A stretch of DNA of 63,409 nucleotides, counting the filler, from Parasitella parasitica NRRL 2501 (lineage: Eukaryota > Fungi > Mucoromycota): the NCBI GenBank assembly GCA_025201805.1. It is 15 parts of 14 records of this genome, joined end to end, with 100 filler letters (N's around TTAATTAATTAA, not from the genome) between each part and the next. Parts side by side here need not be neighbours in the genome. Positions count along the whole stretch, not along the records: positions 30,545 to 36,500 come from MU619298.1; positions 36,601 to 38,683 come from MU619390.1; positions 38,784 to 42,110 come from MU619504.1; positions 42,211 to 43,904 come from MU619458.1; positions 44,005 to 49,580 come from MU619424.1; 10 more parts are not named here. One strand, 5' to 3'. Numbering within the stretch: position 1 is the first letter of the stretch; each line of letters begins with the position of its first letter. The notes beneath the pieces were generated by a model. It was not told the DNA's origin, did not search any database, and saw nothing but the letters and a program-made list of their open reading frames with translations. Positions 34,633 through 44,111 of the stretch are shown one piece after another. Made by a program: the position numbers and the translations under genes.

Positions 34633-35555
34633 TATAACATTTCCACTTCGGAGTCATGCATGGCAGCATCGCCATCCACGGGGCGACGGTAGCCAAAGAG
34701 ACCCTCCTCAGGGGCCAAGGCTTCAATGTCTTCAGAGGTAATCCAACCTGCAGTCTGAAAGTAAGCAGCGACAGAGGCAAAGAGACGGGAACGACGAGAT
34801 GCCAAGTAACGGAGGGACTGTGTGCAGCGCTTGATCTGCAACTCAAAGGCAATATCCTCGCGCTTTGAGATTGAGAGCTCACGGTACTTGGGATCAGCAA
34901 CGTGCTGCGGGTCAACAGGGTCAAAGTTGGCCACAACTGCAACTTTGTTCTTGGACAATAGGTCCAGAAGGGTTTCCTTGTATTGGACATGGATCAGAAT
35001 GCCAATAACGTTGCGAGCGGGGAAGGTTACATCAATGATGCGAGATGCCTCTGCACCGATGAGGTGCAAGTTGTTGCGAACTTCAGTTCTGGTGAAGCGG
35101 CGAGAACGGTTGATATAAAGGCATTCATAGCCCTTAGGTCCGTCTGCTTGGGCATTAAAGCCACGGGTAATAGCCTGACGGTGCTTTTCAGTCACCTCAG
35201 AGGGAGCTTTGATCTTTCTTGATCTGTGCTTCTTCTGGACAATTTCAGTCCAAGTGGAGGTGGTCTTGGGGGTGCCAGTTGCTGCCTTGCTGTGCTGCGG
35301 CTGCTGATTGGTTGCAAAGGAAGCTGGGTTATGTTTGACAGCTGAAGGGGAAGCAGTAAGATCGGCAATCTGTTGACGAAGACTGGCATTTTCTTGAGTC
35401 AAAGAAAAATTTTTGTTTTTCAGATCTAAAATGGCACTTTTAAGAGTGTTCAACTCTTCCAGGGCGGTACGGTGAACAGAAATATCCTTCTGCATACTGA
35501 TGACTAACGTCTGCAAATCTAGTTGCGACATAAGAGTGGATGGTTCTGGCTCCAT
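34632..35555 (-). CDS. LINE ORF1 (coiled coil plus conserved C-terminal domain)
   Basis: GYECLYI..IGAEASRIIDVTFPARNVIGILIHVQY..FDPVDP; its stop overlaps the ORF2 start (TAATG). Confidence 0.88.
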   Translation of the reverse strand: MEPEPSTLMSQLDLQTLVISMQKDISVHRTALEELNTLKSAILDLKNKNFSLTQENASLRQQIADLTASPSAVKHNPASFATNQQPQHSKAATGTPKTTSTWTEIVQKKHRSRKIKAPSEVTEKHRQAITRGFNAQADGPKGYECLYINRSRRFTRTEVRNNLHLIGAEASRIIDVTFPARNVIGILIHVQYKETLLDLLSKNKVAVVANFDPVDPQHVADPKYRELSISKREDIAFELQIKRCTQSLRYLASRRSRLFASVAAYFQTAGWITSEDIEALAPEEGLFGYRRPVDGDAAMHDSEVEML

Positions 35556-35825
35556 GGTCTGTTTACCGGTTGCTAGATGATCGAGTGAAAAAATATTTGC
35601 GGTGTTTTTGGGGTTTTTTGTAAAACAGGTAAATACTTGATCAATCGTTTTGAAAGTTGAACAGAATATACTTTAAGATATTAACACTTAATGTATATTC
35701 TATTGACGGTTGTTGCTTTGGCTGTTTACTGCTATGGATTTCCTTGTCTAATATTAATATCACGTGTACCTGAATTCTGAGGTCAAAACGTAATAAAAAA
35801 TTGGAAAAGTGAAAGAAAGGTGGGG

Positions 35826-35898
35826 GGGGATGTAGCTCAAATGGTAGAGCGCTCGCTTAGCATGCGAGAGGCACTGGGATCGACGCCCAGCTTCTCCA
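35826..35898 (+). tRNA. tRNA-Ala(AGC)
   Basis: GGGGATGTAGCTCAAATGGTAGAGCGCTCGCTTAGCATGCGAGAGGCACTGGGATCGACGCCCAGCTTCTCCA; G3:U70 pair; poly-T terminator. Confidence 0.96.
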
Positions 35899-36252
35899 AT
35901 TTTTTTTTTTTTAAAAAAAAAAAAAAAACATCTTGCTGACATTTTCTCACTTTATGGGCCTGGAAGACAATCTTACCGCTAATGACCTCTTTTCCGATGT
36001 GAAGAAGCTAAGCATTATCATCAAACCTTCTTCTTCGACAATCCAAATGTCAGCTGAAGATATCTTGCTAGAGAAATATGTTTCTGTTCTCTTCCCTTCT
36101 CACCTGACAGTACCAAAATGGTCTCGGGAGCAATTGCGGGACCTTTTCCGAATGCATTTCGTTGATAAGATGAAGGCTGGTCATGCTGCTGGCATGAGCG
36201 AAATCAATTCTCTAACACCGCATTAGCCTACATTTGACAAGCGAAAGATGAT

Positions 36253-36438
36253 ATGCAAAACCAAGACGAAGCTCCTTCCGAACCGAAACTAAAAGGAAAT
36301 CAGAAAGTGGCACCTAAAAGTAGCAATCTTTTGGTTTGGTTCTTCGATGAGAATCAAGATGCTCTTGCTGTGTTGAGGCAATTCCACAATGTGACGATGT
36401 CTGAGAGTGGCCTTAGAAACCACCTAATGAAGAAGTGC
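36253..36438 (+). pseudogene. Degenerate Tc1-like transposase fragment
   Basis: FFDENQDA..TMSESGLRNHLMKKC resembles the second HTH of Tc1/IS630 transposases; cut by LTR D at 36439. Confidence 0.5.
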
Positions 36439-36500
36439 TGTTGAGATCTGCAAGATCGAAATAAGAAAAGTATAATATAAAACGTTGAATTAACGAGATA
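36439..36500. repeat. LTR end, family D
   Basis: Starts TGTTGAGATCTGCAAG; reverse complement of ~20688-20751. Confidence 0.7.
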
Positions 36501-36600
36501 NNNNNNNNNNNNNNNNNNNNNNNNNNNNNNNNNNNNNNNNNNNNTTAATTAATTAANNNNNNNNNNNNNNNNNNNNNNNNNNNNNNNNNNNNNNNNNNNN

Positions 36601-37615
36601 GTACACCATGATTATGTATTTACTTTCACCAGTACAATGCATTTGAAAGGTCGTGGCTGCTCTCCTCTTGCTGACTTTGATCCTTGCGATCCCAAGAATC
36701 TCTTGGATCCAAAGTATGACTCTCTCTCTCCCTCTCTTCGTGCTGAAAAAGCTGTAGAGATTGAAAATCTCCGTTGTCTCCGTGCGCTGTCGTTTGTCCG
36801 TCGCTCTGTTCGCCTCTCTGTTGCTCGTTCCTTTCTGTTTTACGACAGAATTACACAAAAGCAATTCGATGCTATTGTAGCAGAGGAATTGTCTTTTCGT
36901 GCCGCCGCTGCTCCTCGTCCCCCTGCTCCCTCTGCAAATGCTATCCAAGATCGCTTGGCCAAGAAACAGCACCTCCGCTATCTGAGCAATCTGCTCTATT
37001 TTGACCCTGCCACAGCTAAAACTTTGGCATACACTGAATCTCCTGCTCTTTCTCCCTCTGCTGCTATTGACACAGAGATGACAGAAATATCTGGTGTCTA
37101 AACGTGTCTGTCAAATGTAGTTTCTTCTGTTGCCCTCCGTTTCCGCCTGCTGTCTTCCCTTGTGCTTTTGTTTTCTTTTGTCTTTTCTCCCGTTACTTGT
37201 TCTTTGGTCCCTGCTCTCCTTCCTTTTATTACATTTCTTATGTAATAATATCTCTGCCTCTCCTTTTTTTCTCGTTTTTTTGTGTCTTCCCTGGTTGTGT
37301 CTTTTGTTTTTGTTTGTGCTGCTGTATGCCGGTCGAGGTCTCCTCAGTCGCACCGTGATCATACACCACAACTTCTCCATCAGCCTTCCTTCTTCTTTGT
37401 TCTCGTACTCCTTTTTCATGACATTACAACTTTTTGCAAGATATATTTTTTAAGATCGACCCCGCTTTTCCTTTTTTGGTATCATGCCGACGGTGCCAGA
37501 TTGGATCAGATAGCTTATTATATATTCCTTTTTTATTGTAATAGATTCTCTTAGTATAGCAACTTATGATCATATCGATTAATGCATTAGATACTATTAA
37601 TAAAATTCAATCTTA
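36601..37615 (+). mobile_element. ORF1-only non-autonomous LINE derivative (5' partial)
   Basis: ORF1 C-terminus (VHHDY..DFDPCDPKNLLDPKY..RCLRALSF..SVARSF, stop at 37101), pyrimidine-rich UTR without ORF2, 3' stem-loop, then antisense tRNA 5' fragment. Confidence 0.75.
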
Positions 37616-37632
37616 AACTGAGCTAAACGAGC

Positions 37633-38675
37633 TTACTGATCTTGACACCCTGCAGAATTGTCTTGTTGCGATGTTTGTGGGCAGTACTTGGGTTAATGTT
37701 GCAAAGCATATCACATGTATTCCCAGTATCAAACATCGCTACAATGTCTTGGCCACTCGTTTTGCTCTGCGTGCTGCTACTTTGCCACCCGACAGCCTGT
37801 TAGTCCTGCTACGGGATAGCTTGTCTTATACAAGATTGGACCGTTTTATATGCGACAATCCGCTGTATGTATCTCTGCCTGCTTCTGTGCCTTCGTCTGC
37901 TGGCTTAAAACAAATATTTGATGAATATTGGCAAGACCAAGTAGATCGCCAACTGGAATCCGCAGCTGTTACTGGACGTTTGACTCTGCTCCGTGCTTGT
38001 AGGCCTACCGCTACTCAACCGGATCCTATCTTGTACCTTCCAATCAGTCGCTCTGCTCGTAGTCGTTTAGTTCGTTGGCGCCTAGGTCGCTTCACAAACA
38101 GGCGTGAAGAGTGTCCCTGTATGTCACCAGAGGGTGTTCATATATCTCGGGATCATTTTGTCACATGCCGTGCTCTTGACCCTGCGCTTTTTGATGTCCT
38201 GCCTTTTGCTCCTCCTGGTGTGCATCCTATAGATCAAGCTCTGAACGAACTGCCAGTGAAAGCCTCTGAGGGTCCGCCTGACTACTGGCCTGCTCTGCTA
38301 CATTTACTGTATGCTATAGATTGCCTTGTGCATCCGCTGGCTGTCATAGCCCCGGCTCCAGATCCCGAGTCCCTTTGGTTCTATCCGAATGATTGATCTG
38401 ACTGTGATGAACCTGCCTACATTGTTGTTTTCCTTGTGCGGCGCCTCGGTGGTAAGTCCTATCAAAGTTCCCATCCGTTGGTTGTTCCTCAAGATCCTCA
38501 ATGTTAGCACTATTAGTCTCGCCGTCCTGCTTTACTCTATTCACTCTCCTTTTTATCCCTTTTGATAGTGTCCTGATAGGGGTTTTTTTGTTCCTTTTTC
38601 TTTCTCTTTCTTGAAATTAGGCAATGCTCATATCGAGTGCCCATTTAATTTCTTATAAATAAACATAAATCTTTA
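37633..38675 (+). mobile_element. 5'-truncated LINE (ORF2 C-terminus to 38396 plus 3' UTR)
   Basis: LLRACRP..DPILYLP..RSRLVRWRLG..CPC..H..C homologous to the other ORF2 C-termini; flanked by AACTGAGC on both sides. Confidence 0.88.
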
Positions 38676-38783
38676 AACTGAGCNNNNNNNNNNNNNNNNN
38701 NNNNNNNNNNNNNNNNNNNNNNNNNNNTTAATTAATTAANNNNNNNNNNNNNNNNNNNNNNNNNNNNNNNNNNNNNNNNNNNN

Positions 38784-39017
38784 TGTTATATCAATAACAT
38801 GTCATAGACCTTGTAGCAAGATCAAGGGGCTAAAAGCCAATGTGCGTGGTAAATCAGGGATTTACACCGCATGCTCTATATATAAATCTTGGTTACAGTT
38901 GTGTATGATGACGTTAGCACATAATGTTAGTTTATATAAATACATCCAGAGGATGTGTTTCTAATAAAAGTGTAACTCTTTGGCAGATTCATTTTACTGA
39001 CTTATTTTGACATAACA
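38784..39017 (+). repeat. 5' LTR of a Ty3/gypsy element
   Basis: TGTTA...TAACA termini, TATATAAA and AATAAA, directly upstream of a gag ORF. Confidence 0.75.
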
Positions 39018-39061
39018 CTTTTTTGAATCACCTTAACATTTTTTACACTTTAACAATTACA

Positions 39062-40915
39062 ATGAACTCCCAGCAAAACAACAAGACTGAAACTTACGCT
39101 GCTATTGCAGCACGCGCTACTGGCTCACGCCAAGCTACTCCTCGCCGAAGCAACTCGCTTGCATCTGGTAACCGTTCGTGTCGTTCATCCGACATGAACG
39201 TGGACTCTGACACCCAAATGTCTGATAGACAGGAAGGCCGTCCTAGTTCCGTATCGAGCAATATTGCTGCTTTACGTGAAGCTGAACTCAATGAGAATAT
39301 CGAGAGGGAATTGAGCGAAGACGCTATTCCTGTGGACACGCGCTCTGTAATGAGTGATAGTGTCGAGTCGGATCTCTTATTGCATCAAGAGATGAGCCCT
39401 CTAGATGAGGAGCACCGACGCCTTCAATTTTACCATGATCTTATGGTATTGAAAGACGATCTCTACAGGGCATCGCATTTAGCGATGATGAACCCTGACA
39501 ATGAGGCATATGCCAATCGTGCAAAAGCCTTGGAAAAGCACTTTGAAATAATCAAGTCCAACTACAATGTGTTGTTTGCAGACTTGCTCAAGAAGGCAAT
39601 TTCTCCTCCTACTCCCACGGCAGGACAGGCCTTGATTGTGCCCACTGATACCCCTTTGTTGCAATGGAAGAAGGGTGAGATTGTGGATAGTAGCAAGCGT
39701 GTCTTTGCTACTGTGGACGAATGTCTGTCCAGATTCAGGGATGTTGTTGAGCGATGTGGTCTAGACATCGATTTTAACTGGCAGAGGATTATTAAACCTC
39801 AAATGCCTGCCAACATGGCTGCATGGACTCGTGCATTGATCAAGGAATCTCCCAAGATGAATTGGTCAGATTTTACAGAAAAGTTGAAAGAGAAGTTCAG
39901 AATGTCTGTAGAAGCTCAGAAGTGTGATGCTCAAATGAAGCTAAAGCAATTGAAGTTGAGAAAGAGTAAGAACCTTGAAGCTTATATCGATAGGTTCAAT
40001 TCTCTCAAGGATAGAGCTGGTTTCAAGGATCAAGAGACCTTGATTGACTATTTGCTCCGTGATTTGAATGCAGACATGTACAGTGCCTTGTTTCTGCATA
40101 TGAATCAGTTAAGCGATATAAAAAATCGTACATTAGATTATGCAATCTCACACTTGCGTATTATCTACAACCTGTTGGTAAGAGATACGTTTTACCAAGA
40201 GCAATTGCGAAGAGAGGAGAAGATGTTACAACAAAAGGTAACTCGGACCGTACGTAAAACGATGCGTAACCAGCACGATCGTCGTGGTAGTACATCGAGA
40301 AAGCAGCACGCTTTCTCTCACAGTAGTAGTAGGGGTAACACGAAGCCGTATCCTCATCCCCTTACTTCTAAGAGTCTTGGTAAAAAGCCAAACCCCCGTG
40401 CTGAAAAGCCCCATGGTAAGCAACGCCATGACTATCATAAGAGTAGTGGTAATACTCCAGAATGCTTCGCCTGTGGGTTTACACCATTTATATATGCTCA
40501 TAAAGCTGTGTGTAAGAAAAACCCAGACAACATGAAACGGGAACAGAAGCAGCAGCAGAAGAAGGGTAGTATATCCAAGAGGATTGTCCCCAGACCGGCA
40601 CCTCGAGATAGCAGCAGTGAAGATAATGCTGATAATAATGATTCCTCGTCGTCCTCAGATGAGAGTAATCAAACCTTTGCTGTGGCTACAATGGCCAAGA
40701 AGAGCAAGAAGGCGAGAAAAGACATCAATGACATGGATCTTGATTGTAAGCATCTCAATAGTGATTATTTTAGGCAGATGCCTAGTAATAATATGAATAC
40801 TATTGGCCTTCTTTATCTACCTGTTATTCTAGAATCCCAGAATGGTGTTAAAGTCAACACTTGGTTCTTGCTGGACACTGGATGCACTTTTAGTGCTATC
40901 TCCCCGCAACTGGCA
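39062..40915 (+). mobile_element. Ty3/gypsy gag-protease, truncated just after the protease active site
   Basis: Gag region (LKQLKL..LEAYIDRF), CFACG..H..C knuckle, FLLDTGCTFSAIS; unrelated sequence follows ~40913. Confidence 0.85.
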
Positions 40916-42210
40916 CCATGGCTAACTTCAGTGCTATTTTTTTTCACATTTATCATCAGTTCTAATGACTAGTGATTAGGTGTTTTACTGGATGACTGGT
41001 GATACACCATTTTATCACTATTGATGCTTTTATCACAAAGACTAAATTGATGACCAGTGATAAATACGATAATCGCTTGTGATTAGCAATTAGCAGCATT
41101 GATAAATTAATCACTGGAGAAAAAACAGTGATTCTAGTTATAGAACAATCACTGGGTAAAAACAAATAGCCCTAATCACAAAATTCATTATAGCACTGGT
41201 ACTTTTTGCTATGAAATCACGGTAATAAACATTTATTCAAAATTATCCAAAAAAATTTCAGCAGCAATTGCATATCACGTTGGATTACGTTTCTTTTTGT
41301 TATTATAGATAGAAAAAAAACAATTTTATTTGAAAATAGGCATATATTTTTGTCTGAAAAAATTATTGGAGTATAGAGGAACTGACACAAAAGATATTAT
41401 TATTATGATAAATGTTCATGGCAGCTGTATACATATATGATGTTGTCCGCATATGACAAGGTGCTATATTTTTTATATAGTAATATATCTGCTATATGTT
41501 TATGATAAGACACGTTATAAGAAGATATTATAGCAATAAAGGCCTGTAAACTGTTTTATACAGAAATATTAAGACAACAAACTGAAAAAATTACAAACGA
41601 AAAGCAGCAGTATTATACCTATACACAATGGTAATTAGCTGTATGCATTATGCGATAGAAAGAATAACAGCTTACCATCATTAAACCTATACAAGGTAGG
41701 AGAAATCTACGATGGAAATACCACAGTGATTAAAATTTAGCACATAAGATATTAACACGCACGGAATTCTAGTCAGACTTGATGTACCTTCATAAAAAGA
41801 GCCCCATCTGTGTGTTGATGACAGTTGATAGTATCTAATATTTGTAAGAAAACTGATATTTGAGAGAAAAAATAAAAAAGAGATCCAAAATGTACACATA
41901 TTTATAGTTTTCAAATTAGTGGCAAAGTCGAAGCAACGAGGATATCCGCAAGTATTTGGTGTGGTTGTTGTACAAATTTTGTTGTGATTGAAATGGTGAT
42001 TAGTGATTACTGAAGTTTGCTTGCCATTTTCCGAATACAGCAAATTTATTTACTGAGATAAACATATATAAGCTCGCAGGTGCCAAAATTGAATAACATT
42101 TATTATAAATNNNNNNNNNNNNNNNNNNNNNNNNNNNNNNNNNNNNNNNNNNNNTTAATTAATTAANNNNNNNNNNNNNNNNNNNNNNNNNNNNNNNNNN
42201 NNNNNNNNNN

Positions 42211-43232
42211 TAAGTTTGCATGCTTGGTGTCACAAATGACGCTTTCATGGTGAGGATCAAAATTCATAGGTGTAACCTTTCCTTTTGCCAATGAAGCCTT
42301 AATCTCGTCGGCATATGCGTTATGAACTAAAAGGGAAATGACCCCTTTAGTTGGGAATTGAACAGCTAGAACTCGACGATTGGATATGCCAATGATAGCC
42401 AAACGCTTTCGAACTGTACGCTGGTTTGTACGTGCTGGATTTCTGAAGTGGATGAATTGGTATCCAGTAGGGCCTGTGTTTTCTGTAAATCCACGATATG
42501 CCCAATTTAGCATACCTTCAGTAGGGGGGTCTTTTTTTGTTGTTTTTTGAGTTTTCAATTGTTTTTGTGCTTTTTGAGTGTTTTGTGCTTTTTTTGGTGT
42601 ATTGAGATTTTTCTTGGCAGCATTGGCCCATCGGCTGTCGGCAGTAGTGGAAGAAGAAGCTGTTGATTGTTGAAGGGCCTGAGTGTTATTGTTACTATTA
42701 ACAGCAGAGTTGTTAGTAGTCATATTAGTTTTTTGAGTCTTTTTTAATTGTTCGTTTTCAAGTAATTATGCTTTTTCCAATTGTAATTTCAAGTCTGCAT
42801 TTTCTTGCTGGAGCTGCTCTACTAGAGAGACTCGTTGTTTAAGTTCAGTAACTTCTGCCAAAAATGGAGCAAGTTGCTGTTGAATGAGTTTCTGAATATC
42901 TTCCATGTGGTGGGCTGAGACTGATGTTGCAGGTTTTTTTGTTGGTGTGATGTTTGGTGTCTTTGTTTCGAATTTACGTTTTGTGCGAGTAGCAGCTACT
43001 GTGCTAATGATTGGGCTCGCAGTTGCGGGGGTTGGTGTGATGTTTCCCGAAATGGGATCTTTACCAGTAGGAGAGATTGGAATTTTTAAAAATAGTTTTG
43101 AGGAGGTTTTTTAACAGGGGGAAAGTGAAGCGTGTTAATTAAGATAAAAAGGAAGTTTGCAGGATGCCTGGATAGATTGAAAAAGTATAAAAAGAGGTGA
43201 TTTTTCAACGCGCGAGAAACTACCTATACTTC
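42211..43232 (-). mobile_element. LINE 5' end with ORF1 (in-frame TAA at 42766-42768)
   Basis: Coiled coil then GYQFIHF..RLAIIGISNRRVLAVQFPTKGVISLLVHNAY..FDP; the first ~50 nt match 22890-22943. Confidence 0.85.
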
Positions 43233-43246
43233 TCTTCGGTAGTATA
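43233..43246 (+). pseudogene. tRNA-Asp 5' fragment (nt 1-14)
   Basis: TCTTCGGTAGTATA is identical to the start of the tRNA-Asp at 22889 and has the same upstream context. Confidence 0.85.
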
Positions 43247-43904
43247 AACTAAAGTTTTTATTTAATAAGATAGTAGCTATAAAGATCTTCGCTATTTAGC
43301 CATTTGATCAACTACAATGATAAGATAATAAAGTTAAATGATAAAATATAAAAACTAGACAAGCTAGAAAAAAAAAAAAAGGGGGATAATGTATGAAGGG
43401 GCGGATTACGCAGAGACAAAATCCTGAGAAGCACTCAGGGTATCAGAACAATGAACAAATACTAGTTGACCAGGAGACGGCTCGTCATCAAAAGTGGCTG
43501 CAGTGTGAGATAGCTTGTCGATCTTGAAAAGTAACTGATTGAGCACAGGCCATGTGTGTTGCCAGTGCTGTGTATGAAATGAGATAAACTTTTTCGGTAG
43601 TAGATTGAGCAGAAAATCGATTTCTGTTGCAGGCAATTCAGGGCGTGTGTAGTTCTTAATATGTTGACGTAAGAGTATATCAAGGAGCTCGAGATTGCTG
43701 TGCAGTAATGGACAAGAGAGGAAGAAATGACGTTTGGAAATAGCAGTAGTGTTATCACAGGGACAAAGAATTGGTGTAGAGGACTTTGGTATGAGCCAGC
43801 CCATGCGCCATTTGATGAGACGATGGCGTTCTTTGGTTGTACAAGGAATAAACAAAATAGGATCGCTGGTAGGTACGGGATCCGAGCGGCACTGCTTGAT
43901 ATTT
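43247..43904 (-). mobile_element. LINE 3' end (ORF2 C-terminus to 43406 plus 3' UTR)
   Basis: DPILFIP..ERHRLIKWRMGWL..CPC..HF..C; 3' stem-loop and A-rich end. Confidence 0.88.
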
Positions 43905-44111
43905 NNNNNNNNNNNNNNNNNNNNNNNNNNNNNNNNNNNNNNNNNNNNTTAATTAATTAANNNNNNNNNNNNNNNNNNNNNNNNNNNNNNNNNNNNNNNN
44001 NNNNTTATATAAGATATGAAGGATAAGATATGAAGAATATAGTATAAAGTGGATAAAGGATAAAATAAAATGAAATAAAATTTATAAGAAAAGAAAGGAT
44101 AGAAAGAGAGC

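Noticed and set aside
30693-35389. Numerous plus-strand ORFs overlapping the LINE
   Set aside because: Antisense shadows of the long minus-strand ORFs with no domain signal.
37104-37554. Cys/Phe-rich short ORFs
   Set aside because: Artefacts of a pyrimidine-rich 3' UTR.
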